The translations under genes and the position numbers were made by a program. The notes under the pieces are model-generated. The model made no database searches. It saw only the letters and a program-made list of their open reading frames with translations, and was not told the origin of the DNA. A stretch of DNA of 58,262 bases, filler included, from Basidiobolus ranarum (Eukaryota): the NCBI GenBank assembly GCA_040143965.1. It is 9 parts of 9 records of this genome, joined end to end, with 100 filler letters (N's around TTAATTAATTAA, not from the genome) between each part and the next. Parts side by side here need not be neighbours in the genome. Positions count along the whole stretch, not along the records: positions 45,411 to 51,787 come from JASJQH010001332.1; positions 51,888 to 58,262 come from JASJQH010001333.1; 7 more parts are not named here. The stretch is one strand, 5' to 3'. Below, one piece after another: positions 45,613 through 58,262 of the stretch; position 1 is the stretch's first letter; each line of letters opens with the position of its first letter.

Positions 45613-46294
45613 CTATAATTTAGCTTTTTGAACACCTGCTTCGGAAAGAAGGAATTCAACCGTGGACTTTATCCCTTCTGGCTTGATCTTGGGATCGAAG
45701 CGAGCGACTAATTTACCATCTTTGTCAATGATAAATTTCTGAATAAAAATGAAATAAAAGAGATAAATAATCCATTAAAGATAATGTTGTTATGTTTGTA
45801 CTTTACCTCGAAATTCCAACGAATGGACTTTCCTGAGCTCAAGAATTTATAGAGGGGGTGAGCTTCTTCAGCGTTAACATTACTTTTCATAGATAAAAAG
45901 GGGGTTAGTTATGGTTTAAGTAATAGGATAAGAGGAGAACCATACATCTTCTTCATTATTGGGAAAGTCACCCCATAGTTGAGGGAGCAGAAAGCTTGAA
46001 TCTCTTCCTCAGAACCAGGCTCTTGATCTTTGAATCTTTAACAAGAATAAAATGTTAGGTAAATCACTGGAAAGATCTTAAGGATAGTACGTACTGGTTA
46101 CAGGGGAAGCCGAAAATCATGAGACCTTGTTCTTTGTGTTTCTGATAAAGCTCCTCAAGGCCCTCATATTGCGGTGTGAGACCACACTTTGAGGCGACGT
46201 TAACAAAGATAACGACACTGCCTTTCAAGTCGGAAAATTGAATGGTTTTCCCTTGAGCAGTAGTAGCAGAAAAATCATAAACTGTGTTGGCCAT
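45613..46294 (-). CDS. Cys-type glutathione peroxidase (Hyr1/Gpx3-like), 4 exons, C-terminal AKL
   Basis: [39 protein letters not shown] and [14 protein letters not shown]; ends GVQKAKL* (stop 45615-45613). Confidence 0.94.
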
Positions 46295-46491
46295 CTTCTC
46301 AATTCAGCATCAAGGCACTCCACTCCAATATAAACCATATCCACACATATTATCCATCTAATCTAAATCTCGATAACTATCCTGATCATCAGTTGAATTG
46401 AAAATCATATGCTAATTTATTGCATGATCCAATGGATGCAAAGTTGATGAGGAAAAGTTACATGAAATGACTAAGAATGAAAAATATTGCC

Positions 46492-47077
46492 CTACGAAAT
46501 GTTGCGGGTAGCTGATGGTATTTTGCAGATAATCCCATCAAGCTCCGGCCTCATAATGATTTGGCAACCAAGTCTAGAACTAAGCAATGGGGTAAGCAGG
46601 TTGTAAGTCTCTTGCAATAATTTGAATCTGTCACTTACGTATCAGTTAACCCAAAGGCTAGATCGAGCATGTCGTTTTCTTCCTCAGACGGCTCCTCTAA
46701 CATGTCATAATATTTCTGAGGAAGTATCACGTGGCAAGTGGAGCATGCAAGAGAACAATCACAAGCGCCTTAAAGTGGAGATTGGTTATGTTGGTTACAT
46801 TTTCAAGTATGATAAAGAAACAGCTACCTTCGAGATCTATATAGTTATTGTGGGCGATTCGCATAATATTCTCCCCAACTGGGGCTTTAACGGCAATCAA
46901 CTCGTCATCTTCAGTGATGAAATTAACTGTCAGGCTATTATAGTTAATGTAGCTTTAGTTCCAACTCTACTAGAATTTGGGGAAGTAGGTATACCTCTTG
47001 TTTGACATAAAACGCGTCTGACTTAGGCGAGAAGCCACAGGGGCTACACGTCGTAGGGTAAAGGCGAGTAAAGACAT
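46492..47077 (-). CDS. YAH1: Mitochondrial 2Fe-2S ferredoxin (adrenodoxin/Yah1-like), multi-exon
   Basis: Arg-rich presequence [64 protein letters not shown] and IPSATRNIS*. Not present in the ORF track. Confidence 0.9.
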
Positions 47078-47328
47078 CTAACTAAGTAAACTTTAACAAG
47101 CTATCTGGCGGGTTTAATATATCATCCAAGAAGCATCTTGATTTTGAAAAAATCTTTCCAATTTTCGTGACACATTAATAAGCCACTGATTGATAAAAGT
47201 GCATACTTTATGATTATCTTTTAGATATGGCAACAGAATATAAAATTAAACATGACTTGCGCACTAAGCATCGATGATGTTCACAGAGGTGAACCATCTA
47301 CAATATTCCAAGTTTATTGAAAAAGTGC

Positions 47329-47861
47329 TTATTTTTCATTGACCAAAGTTCCTACATACAAGTACTTTTCAGAAAACATGTCGTCCCAGCCCTTAAGACT
47401 TTCCAATTCCTCTACATTAAGATCAGATAGTGTATCGATGGGCTCCTCTAAAGAGGTAAGCATGTCTTCGTCAAACGAATGTTTTGCCAAACCACGACTA
47501 GCATCACGCCCAGCAAAGTTACCATAAGGTCCATCTACAAAATGAATATGAATTTTTGGAAATACACGCAAAGTACTGAAGCATTCCTCAAGTACTTACC
47601 AGGCCCGTAAAACTTTTTTCCGGCTGTAACGTCGTATATTTTGCCTTTGACGCCCATGAAAATCTTTGAATTTTTAATCCCGTCAAACTCAGTTAATTCC
47701 TTCGGAGTATAGCATTTGAAGATTGTGGTTTCGGGATGTTCTGGTGGTGAGAGTTCCTCTGGTTCGGAAGATAAGTAGGAATGTATTATGTAGAAAGTGC
47801 CGAGGAGAAGTATCCAATTAACTGGGTTTTGCACCAGTTGCTCGTATAGCTGAGTGAACAT
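47329..47861 (-). CDS. DAP1: Membrane-associated progesterone receptor family cytochrome b5-like heme protein, 2 exons
   Basis: N-terminal TM; YTPKELTEFDG, IFMGVKGKIYDVTAGKKFYGP / GPYGNFAGRDASRGLAKHSFD and W...FSEKYLYVGTL. Confidence 0.92.
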
Positions 47862-48245
47862 TTTTGAGCGTACACAAGTAGAGTAGTAACAAACAACCTG
47901 GCTTTACGAATGCACTTTATAGTGCATTAATTTTATCCAATAGCCTATTGTGAAACTCGATGATGCTAGAGGGCACTTATCCTGGAACGTACTATATTCT
48001 TACACTGGCTTTATTAACGGGTAATTTCTAATTGAGTTAAGAGAAATTGGCAGACAAAAATTAGCATTCCCCCGGCATTCAGTGTAATACAATACCAACA
48101 CCAAATGAAGGGAAACACCGGAATATTAGATGGAGGGGCCAAAAAGGAGTATGTGTCAGTAAGCAATGGGTAAGCAAGGGAAATGATGATCAGTAAATTA
48201 ATAAATACAGTTTTTGGGAGACTAATATATGTATAATGATGGGGT

Positions 48246-49233
48246 TTAGCTGGCGGATTTGCATGTGGATTGAGGGGATGGGGATCTAAGACTTAATATA
48301 CTACGCACATCCTCAACTCCACTCAAAGCAGCAAGAAATGGGATAAGGTCAGTCAAGCACTCATCATACAAGTCGTCATTCATCCATGTCTTGATGGGAA
48401 CTGCGTTGTTCTGATTGATGGCATAGGAGAAGGGTGAATTATCCACCAGCAAAACGCTTGAAAGATCAGAGTCAACAATGGCAAGATCCTTCATGAAAAC
48501 ACCGTTGCGGTAGGTGCAGCTCTAAAGAAAAAGATTACTAAGCATTCACAGCAAGTGATCCACGAAATTCAATTTACCTCTCTATACAATCGCTTGGCAA
48601 ATAGTTCCGAATTCAATCCGTATTTAGCCATAACTTGGCCTTCGAGCCAATCAATAATAGGGTCTGCATATTCCGCAACCGAAGCGGTGAAAATCACAAG
48701 CGTGTACCATTGACTAACCTAGAGCATACAAATGAACTTTGGTCAGCACCTCATAGTGTTCTAAGAGTCGTCTTCAACATACTAACCATATACAAGAATT
48801 CAAAGACACTCGGACGCTGATAAACATAATAAATGCAACTTTGCTCGTCAAAGGGGACATCAATTTGGAAATGGGGTCTACCATTTTCTTGCATCATGCT
48901 GTGAATCAGAGTCTCGTCTAGATCTAAAACTAGAGTCTTTTTCTCGGTAGTAGGAATGGGAGCCGAAAAACTAGGTATAGGTTTAGGAACTGACACCCTC
49001 TCTTTGTACAAACTGCCTAAAGCGGTAAGTACGAAAGATGTAGCATACGTAGTTCCCGAATAGAGAGCCTTTGAAAGCTTCCCAACAGGAGAACTACGGA
49101 GATATCCCGAAAGTTTGTTACGAGTATCCTCCTTGTCCATGCTCACTGCAGCAGCGGCAGCGGCCGCAGCGAATACACCGGCATCAAACGACAGTGGCGT
49201 GTTGAGAGAAGGAGATTGAATTTGTAGCTCCAT
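48246..49233 (-). CDS. NIF/FCP1-like HAD phosphatase (Nem1/Dullard/Psr family), 3 exons
   Basis: KKTLVLDLDETLIHS, YYVYQRP, LVIFTASVAEYADPIIDWL, FAKRLYRE.C and KDLAIVDSDLSSVLLVDNSP. Confidence 0.92.
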
Positions 49234-51787
49234 AGGAAGATGTAATTAGATTATGAAGTAATGTGATTAAGAAATTAAAACAGCTGAGAATAACACAAAA
49301 ACGGATGAAGACCGCAGATTTAGAAGCAGTTGAAGACACCAATAATTGAACTGTGTCTGCGAAGGTAATCTAGTCAGAAAGCGTTACAAAATCAGTACTA
49401 ACGAATTTCAAGCAACTAGTCTGCTTCAGATACAGATTTATATACCTCGGGATCAGGGTTAATGAGAAATCCACCAGTGAATCAAATCCGCTGATTGTTG
49501 ATGAAAAACGTCTGGATTGGACAGAATTGCAATAGCTACTTACTTGGAATTTCCATATTGGGTTTCGAAAAAGAACTAATTCAGTCGACGAAACAATGGC
49601 TTTCCTTGTGAGATCGTGAATGGATGTTTCGTACATCGACAAGAGTGGCGAATAACAGGCGGTGGGCTCAGCAACGAGCTTAATTAAATTGCAGAACACA
49701 TAAATTACTGAATAAATGAATTTGGCATTCCTAGTATCAACCTAGTTTGGGGCGATTTCCTAATACGTCGTTGCAATTCCAATTAGCGTGCTGCAGGAAT
49801 AACAAATGGTGCAGATGATACCAATCCATTGATGACCGCTCCCCACATTGCGTTGACTCAAGTGATCGCTTTCATTTAGCTTGAATGCATTGTAATAGCG
49901 CATCATTGTTGCCATAGGTGCTGTCGTTATAATGATTAGTAATGTGCTTATTGTCTACATATCATTTGTTTGACGATGAAACAGCACTGCTGCTGGCGTA
50001 ACATGATAGTGAGGCTCTGAATGTATGTGTTTCAATACCCAGCTCAGCTTTGTTTTGTTGTCCCAGGCCAGCGCGAAAAAGAGCCAACCTTGCCATATAT
50101 ATCCATCTAAGCCGGTTTTGTGCAGGCTTAGAGCAGTCTTAATAAAACGAGCAATTGGGGAAGCAGATCACTGTTTTTACCAGTTAGTAACTGGCCCTCG
50201 TTTTCTTTATATGCACCAAGCAACATGTGCTAAGAACTTTCCCTTTCAACCGAGAGTGACACAGCATATCAGATACGATGAAATTATGTCTGTTCAAGAA
50301 TTGGTGTGAATGCAACTATAAAAGTACTACTTGAGAATATGAAGCTTGTTAAGTAGGTTGAGAAAATGGATTTTGTGGAGCTAGTCACAGATCGGTCTAG
50401 CGTTAAACTATATTCAGGATTTTGTAATCTGTACAATACAGGAAATGCAGTCCTATCTTATCATACGTGTAATATCCAAATGCCCAAGCTCGCTTATCGA
50501 ACTCTCCCAAACAGCTCTACTTGTTCAAATCTCATACAGGATGTCTTTTGTTTTTATTCCAGTACAGATAGAGAGTTCTTCGCAATCTTCATCTTCAAGT
50601 GCTTTACTAAAGGGACTATTGGGAACAATTCACTTTGCTTGTGTGGTAGTTTAGTTCTAATGAGTTTCGTATCGATGCCCATTCGTCTTTAGCCATCTTG
50701 TCTTTACCTTTTTCGGTAACTCTATTACCTTCACGAGTGTAAATACTTTAATTCAGACTCATGAATAAACGTCTCTCAAGCCTGCAATAACCTTTTAACG
50801 TCGCTAAGAGGGGTTTTCCTTATTTCTCTAGCTATTGAAGTATTCGAAATTATCATCAAGGTCTGTCGGTATCTAAATTAACTTGACACCCTCACCAAGG
50901 GTTTTAATGTCGGCAATCATCGTCGTAAAAATGCTGGTGCAGAGCAACCACACGGTTTCTTTGGCTCAGTCAATCATCATAGGGTAATTGCTCGACAATC
51001 TGCAGCAGTCGAGGCTTTGGTAGGAAACATAAATCTCTTGACTGTGCGCATACCAATCCTGAGAATGCAGTGGAGATTTCAAAGCGCCTATATCGCTTCA
51101 TCGGAAAGCCTATGAAGCCATTACCGTGCCTTCACTGATATTGATCAAACTGATTAACCTTGGTAGCCCAGTTATCATCAGCAAATCCAAGGCTATCTTC
51201 AGAGTAGATATTTTATATAGATGTGCTCTCGCAGAGCTAATTGAAAATCATTTGGGCGACGAAAGAGTATTTTAAGGGTAGGTTATGTCCTATCTTTAAC
51301 GATTGGAATACTTCAACACTTCGTCGCACTATTGCTACTATTTACCCAAGCGTCGTTAAAAAGCTTTGGATAAATTAGATGCGACTGTTTGCGATAGAAT
51401 AACCTATGCGGAGATAGAAGCAATGTATCTCTACCATTGGCATTCCTGCCGATATCAACGCAAATTATTTGCATAAAATAGAAGTAATTCCTCGAAGATT
51501 TTGCCAATAGAAATTAGGACAGGCTCAATTATGGTTACCGTGGTGGAGATGGTGCTATATTTTTTGTGTTGATACGTACTTTATAGTTAGATAGATGTCT
51601 TGATCAGGATTCTAGTCCTGCTGCACCGGTGTTCATCGCTTCGAGTTGGTCATCCTAGGGCGTGAGAGGCAGCACAACATACTCATTGTTGGCTATCGCG
51701 CTATGGTGAGATCTATGCCAATTTTTGAATCACTCTCACGATGAACTACCATACATTCAAATCCCTCTACATACAATATTCGGGCTC

Positions 51788-51887
51788 NNNNNNNNNNNNN
51801 NNNNNNNNNNNNNNNNNNNNNNNNNNNNNNNTTAATTAATTAANNNNNNNNNNNNNNNNNNNNNNNNNNNNNNNNNNNNNNNNNNNN
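51788..51887. other. Artificial contig spacer
   Basis: N44-TTAATTAATTAA-N44. Confidence 0.99.
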
Positions 51888-52213
51888 AAAACGAACATGG
51901 CATTCTTCAAAATGTTGAAGTAAATCATGAAGGTCTTCTAAAACTAGACCACAGCATGAGAAATCTCTACAGAAAGAACCCTCCAAATCTCTTGGCTGCA
52001 AGAAATCCTCCTCAATAGTTGAGGTTTCATAGACATTCGGGAATTGAAAGTCAAAACTTCTGGAAAAACAGAATTGTTAGGAAACCATTTAAAACCAAGC
52101 TTAGTTGCTGATTAGAATGCTTACTCGAAGTTGGCAATTTCCTCAAGCTCAGTTTTCTGAACTTTTTGGAATGTTTGAGTACATTGAGCAGAATAGTCGA
52201 TAGGAGCAGGCAT
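51888..52213 (-). CDS. SFP1: Sfp1-like split zinc-finger transcription factor, 3'-partial, intron 52060-52124
   Basis: Spliced: MPAPIDYSAQ...EIANFESFDFQFPNVYETSTIEEDFLQPRDLEGSFCRDFSCCGLVLEDLHDLLQHFEECHVRF. F.CCG..L..LH.LL.H.EE.H is the Sfp1 N-terminal motif. Confidence 0.8.
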
Positions 52214-54327
52214 GATATACAGTGTGGAGTATGAGATGTATATAAATAATATAGGCTTTGGTAAAGGCTGCAATAAAACGCAGGATGGTTTGGTCAGGTT
52301 CTTGGCTGCTGGCTTTATATACAAACCTCGAGAGATGCCCAATGGTCTATAATTGGTTCTATTCTATATCTGACTATGATTGGTAACAAGCATATTTCCA
52401 AATTAGGTGATAGTAATACGGTTGGTCAAAACTGGAAAAGTACGAATGGATCAGTTATCCGAGATGTGGATTTATTTAAGATTTGATTAATATATACAGA
52501 GCTACTCAGAATGCATGGAACAATCATTAATATCGCCAGCCAAAAGAGTTGATAGGCCATAATGTTCATGAGCTATTCTCCACATCTCAGTTAAAGTGGA
52601 ATATGATTCAAATGAAATGGATGATCACTGATATTCAGCTTTCTATATTCTGTATTCTATGTGCCATTCAGCCATTGATTATCTATGTTTCGGTCCTTTG
52701 TGCCACTTAGGATAAATTGCACGATAAATGACACTCGGGCTTTCCAACGATCCATGATCACCCCAGCGGCTCTGAGCAATTTGGAAATTCCTCTCAAATA
52801 TCCTTCGCTTAATGTGTTCCATGTAGATTAAGATCCTCTGGTGCTTTAGTTTCTGACATATTACCCAGTTCCCTAACCCTTTGATTTTGAGAGCAATTTC
52901 AACAGGTTCTACTCAGCCGGCCTTCTTGTTTCCTCTTCACCATATTCGTTTGATTGAATTGATGCGCTCATCCATCAGTAGGCCACAGTCTCAATTGGCT
53001 CGTGGGTTCGGCAAAAGTGAATCATTCTTTCTTTTTGGGTCCATTATACCTGGAGGGAGTATTCCCTAATATCCCTTGTACTAGAATAAATTGAGGTGTT
53101 ACTGTCCAGATTGAGCTACTATGTTGTGCTTATTGTACACTAGCTGCATACTAGATGTCATATATGAATGTATATATAATACGAATATATGCCAGTGGCT
53201 TTATAAGCGGTAGAGGCGTAGTCATCTATATCACGCTTAAAAGTTCATCTGTCTGTATGTGGCAATATCATTAATTACCCGATCGATTAACACTTTGGAT
53301 CTGTAATCTTTGTTGCCTTATATATCTTATAATGGGTGTAATGACCAGTTAAGCGTAATGATAAGCGCATTAATCAAGGGATCTATGTTACTACTGCCTG
53401 AGCTCAGAACTGAAAGCTGATATATGGAATCAGGGTGTAATGTGGAAGCATGGTTAGATGCTCACTTCCACATAATAAATTGTTGATATGGATTTTTGAC
53501 ATAGTGAGTGTTTGATCCAAATACACCAAATATGGTTGAAAAGGTGTTCGTACTCTGCCTAGAGCGTGCACATGAAGCCGACTTGGATGCCGCTTTCCTT
53601 CGTGCACTTTATAAACGTATCTAACTTTACCATTATCATCCTACAACTTTATTCTATGAGTGACCATCATAAGATCAATTTATTGTTAGCATAGAGGTTT
53701 CGGGAATGTAGGTACTAATGAGTAAACTTTATAACTCTGTATTCTAAAACTAGGGCTCAATCTGATATGTTTGACTAAAAGAGTGTTGTCTTGGATTCAA
53801 AGGATCTGTTCTATTTCTCTACATTATGTGGCAGAAATTCAGTTTTGTGTACAAACTAGTGCTTGTTGAAATATTAGAATCAACCTAAATAGTCATAAAT
53901 TTTGTTTAGTATATTTGATATTTATTTGTTGAATGGTTCATTAGATATATCTTGAATATGTATCAGTCTTTATTTTCCAAGAATGTCTTGGACCCAATTC
54001 ATTTCAGTATCTTGTATTAAAATGCTCAAGTCAATGTTAATGGTTTAAGTCAAATGCATATTTGAAAGGAAGATTAGACAATATGTATTAGTTAAAAATA
54101 TGCGCATCATGTGGCTTGGTTTTAAATGTAATTGATATATGCTAGTTACATCCCTACTAATGTCTAGTTATGCTCAATTGTTGAGAATTGATAATTTCAA
54201 ATACCTTGATCCAGCCTGATTCTTACCTCTAAATAAATTGATCGATAATATAAACTGGACTTGTTTCCGTTTCATCTAGAGGAAGTTATTGGAACAGATT
54301 ACGTTACATTCTTAACCAGATCCCCTC

Positions 54328-57300
54328 ATGAGTTTTCTAAACAAGAACGGCCAAGTTGAAGGTACTCAAAACAATCGAACTGGTAACTCTTCGTGGGGTG
54401 GCTTTTTAAAGCAGGCCATTAATTCAGTGGAAACTAGTTTGGAAAAAGCCGCTCAAGATAAACATATAGAACGAGAGCCTTTAACTAAGTGTGAGTAAGT
54501 GTGAAGAATGTATAGGATTCAAGATGCAAATTAACTTATTGACGAATTTTCCTTTTTGTTTACGTTGGCTTGTTTTGCAGCTAAACCCACCCCAAATGTT
54601 ATTAAACCTTCTTTAGACCAAGACCGCTTAGCAGCTAGATTGGCCGCCGCTGTGTCTAGTGCTAATGTGCCTAAAAAGTCTCAAAAAGGACGTAAAAGCA
54701 AGGCGGGGGCGGGCAAAAAACAGTTAGATAAAGCTTCAGCCACTTCTGCTCAACAACAATCTTCTAATACAAACATTGACCTGAAGCAGCAAGATGCTTT
54801 ATCCATTAAAAGTGTATCTCCAAGATCCTCAACAGAGATTGCATGGGATCCTTTACAAAGTACAGATCTAGTTAGTGAAGCTAGTTCTATTTTAGACACT
54901 GATGGAGCTTCGGAGTCAGCAAATGATATCCCCACTTCTCCAAATACACTTGAAGACTCTAATAATGTAACACTGGATACCTCACAGGATATCCTGAACC
55001 TCGCTACTGAGATACCACTTCCAAAAGTTGAAACCGATGAAGCAATTGACAACATCTCCGCCGATTCGGAGGTCGTGAAGACTAACGAGGACTTTGAGGA
55101 ACACCCTAGTGACAAAGTAGAAGACAACAAAGAGAAAACGATATTACCAAAGCTTACAAATGAACCTGAGGAAACAAACCTCGACCAAAAGATTAGTTTA
55201 TTGGAAACTGAGAATGAATCCAACCCAGAAGAAGTCAAGCCGGAGAGAGATGAAAGTGAACACTCGACCGACATTACCAATATTGAACTCCAAAGCGAAG
55301 GTGTAGATATGGCCTCTACTGATACTGTTTCTTCAAAGACAAGCGAACATGTTGATCTTCCTGAAAATAGTAATGATGATATGAAGACGGATCCCGAAGA
55401 AAGTACGATTGAGATGCCCCAACAGGTGCTACTGAATTATTCCACCCAGGAGATAGACTCAACCGAAAGTAAAGTAAATGATGATAATACCCATGAAAAT
55501 CCTGTCAAACAGGGTGCCAACTTGGATGATGAGCCACACTTAAAAGATGTAGAGGAGATAAACAATGATGCTAAGAAACTAGATGAAACTACTAATGAGA
55601 AACTGAAGCAACGTGAGGCGGAATTGACCGAAAAACTCAGAGAAAATGCCACATTAAGTGCAGTTATCTCAACTCTCAAAGATCGTTTAAGAAGCGCACA
55701 AGAAAACCAACAAAGTACTCTTAAATTAAATTCAGTAGGCAATAGTGCCCTAGAAAAACGTATCGACAATATCACAAAGGTTTTGATTTTCTAGCGTTGT
55801 CATTTTTACTCGGAATGTTTAATGATCTTATATTAATTTAGGAAAGAGACCAAGTTCGTGAAAAGATGACTGCTCGTCAAACAGAGATGCAGCAGGTTAT
55901 TGCTCAAAAAGATCAGAAAATTTCGGAGCTTTTTGCCGAAGGTAATTGCAATTATTGTGCAGGGAAAGTATGAAATATCTACTGATTATTTTGAGTTGAA
56001 TGTTACAGGAGAAAGGTTATCTAAACAGGAGCTTAAGCTTTCTAATATGATAAAGCAGTTGCGAACAAAAGGAGTGGAAAGTGAAAAAGCTTTCGCTGAA
56101 CTCAAAAAAAAATTCAACGACTCACAAAAAGAAGCGACTGCACTCAAAGCCAAGAGCACCAAGTTGGCTGAAAGCGAGAAAAAACTGAGTGGTTAGATAA
56201 AGACCTTTTTTTAACTATTACATTTGATCATTGACACTTCTTTTACAGATGCCTGCAAATTGCTCCGAAAACAAAATGAGGAACATGCTCTGAAAATTAG
56301 TAAATTGGAGTCTCAATTGCAAGAGTCTAAAGAGGCACAAATCGATTTGCAGGTAATACATACAATTACAATTAACATCATTGCATTCGCGTAACCTTCC
56401 TATTTGATTCAAGGTTGCTTTAGAACGTGCGTGGGATGACTTGAATAAATCACGTAAAGTTCACAATGAAACCATTGCTGATTTGAAGAAGCAAAATCAA
56501 GAAAACGAAGTTGAACACAATTCTAGACTATTTATGGAAAGTGTACTTTACTAACCAGTATTTTGCTTCACAGGATAAAATCCGGGAGGAGCTAAGTAAG
56601 AACCTGCAAGAAAGTCAAACAAAGTATGAGAAGACTATTGAGAGTCTTAATCAAGAGGTTTGATATTAGATCCATGAATGTGATATACCTATTTCAATAT
56701 AACTAATCATTTTTCTAAAGATTTCCGAGCTTCAAAGCACGATAACTAGCTTAAATGATGATGCCGGTGACAACGAGGACGAGCTCCGTAAAGAAATTTC
56801 GGTATAAATGATACAAACTAACAAAAGGCAATGATGAAGTCTAACATTCGATTAATAGGCTCTTCAGATGCGACTACAATCCTCTGAACAACGCTTCCAG
56901 GACCTCAATGCAGGTTACATGAACACCACTCAGCCTTTGTTGAAGCAGATAGAGGCTCTTGAGAATCGTCATAACACAGCTCAAAAGCATTGGGAGAAGA
57001 TAGAAGAAAGGTATATGAATATCAAGACTTGGTAAAGCAATAATGTTCAAACTATTAAGCACACTTATTAAGATTAACTAAAGAGCTATCAGAGGCAAAG
57101 AGATTGTTTGATTCGAGTGAAAGCAAGTGTAAGGAGTTGAGGGGGAGTGTGGATGAATTGGTACGTTTTATGCCGTGTTCCGTCTCCAATTCCAATTCCA
57201 GATCTAATAATCTATATTAGAGTCGCACCAAAACAGAGCTTGAAGCACGTTTACAAACCTATGAAAAGGATATGGTAGTGGCTCGGGAGCATCTACAGGT

Positions 57301-58262
57301 TATTCTTACTGGTGAATATTTACTTTTTATTTTTTTTACTAACGATATGATTGTTAGACTGAGGAAGAAGAGCATTCCAAATCTCGCTCGCGTATTCAAG
57401 AACTCTCTGAAAAACTTGAGAGTGCTCAAAAAGCCCATGACAAGTATATAGAGCGAATCAAACAAGATTATGAGGTTAGAACCGATGGAAACTTAACTCG
57501 ATATCTATTTTCGCTCAAAATCTCGTAATTTTAACAGGAGCAATTGTCAAAGCAACGAGAGGAATTAACACGAGTATCATTGGATATTGTTAAAGACACA
57601 GACGACGATAAACCCATTTCTAATGAAGATGATAAGGCCAATGATAGAAGCTTGGTAAGTTTATGTCAACTAAATAAGTAGATGCGCATGGCGAGACTTA
57701 CGTGATGGAAATTTATAGAGAGGCTCAGATAGTGATGTACTTAGTCCAACACGCTTGAGTTTTGATAGCTTAACATTCCCTCTATCGCCTATTATGGCGT
57801 CATCTTCAATCGAGGTTCTACGTGCTCAAATCAAGAATCTGGAGAGCCAGGTCACTTCCTTACAAGCTCAATTGCAATTGACTATCAAAGAGCGAGGTGG
57901 GTTATTACTTGACTAATGCTTCTCCACGTGTTATTAATATCGATCTACTATATTAGATGAGATATCCGATGAACTAGTCCAAATGACCCTCGACCATAAA
58001 GAAACGTACGTAAAATACCAACTCAGGGATGTTAGTGAACATCTGCTAACTAGTATGATCTTTTCAACAGCAAAGATACCTCCAGAGTCAACCGCGAGGA
58101 AGAAGATAAAACTGAGCTGGAAGAACGGTAATTCTTTGTTGTTGTAGAGCATTACGTCCACATAACTAACCAACAACTATAAAACATCCAGATACACCTC
58201 TGTTCTCCAAGAATTGACTGAGAGATCTGAGCAAGTAGAGGAGCTGAAATCGGATATCTCTG
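54328..58262 (+). CDS. SGM1: TATA element modulatory factor / Sgm1-like golgin, multi-exon, 3'-partial
   Basis: N-terminal SWGGFLKQAINSVETSLEK; acidic disordered region; EGERLSKQELKLSNMIKQLR (TMF DNA-binding-like motif); long coiled coil; C-terminal IEVLRAQIKNLESQV..ERDEISDELVQMT..RYTSVLQELTERSEQVEELKSDI (TMF TATA-binding motif). Confidence 0.88.

Noticed and set aside
46180-46200. Possible selenocysteine GPx (some early-diverging fungi use Sec)
   Set aside because: The active-site codon is TGT (Cys), not TGA.
49300-51787. Scattered 60-110 aa ORFs upstream of the NIF phosphatase
   Set aside because: No motifs or consistent exon chain; treated as intergenic or unrecognisably decayed sequence.
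54750-55775. Long antisense ORFs (also 21504-21983, 29358-29663, 43004-43318)
   Set aside because: Shadows of real genes on the opposite strand, with no recognisable motifs.

Overview
This is eukaryotic nuclear DNA from an intron-rich fungus with short introns. The gene content and intron style suggest an early-diverging lineage (Zoopagomycota/Mucoromycota), which is inference. The window is not one locus. It is nine unrelated contigs of about 6.4 kb, sorted by decreasing length and joined by eight artificial 100-nt spacers (N44-TTAATTAATTAA-N44). Host genes include a LIM/C1/RhoGAP, VPS34, an alpha-arrestin, a fructosamine kinase, UTP5/WDR43, a cytochrome P450, a two-finger GATA factor, a CBM19 protein, a chitin synthase, a glutathione peroxidase, a mitochondrial ferredoxin, DAP1, a NIF phosphatase, SFP1 and TMF1/SGM1. 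They are mixed with CpG-eroded Copia, Gypsy and CACTA/Tnp2 relics. The most striking item is missed by the ORF track: a three-exon nuclear gene at 1457-2084 that, once spliced, encodes a bacterial (alphaproteobacterial-like) RNase P protein, RnpA, with an intact RNR motif. It is a candidate protein subunit of a bacterial-type mitochondrial RNase P in a fungus. Other notable items are a stand-alone TFIIS central-domain gene, long inverted repeats bracketing the GATA locus, half-tRNA-primed Copia elements and a 124-bp tandem array.
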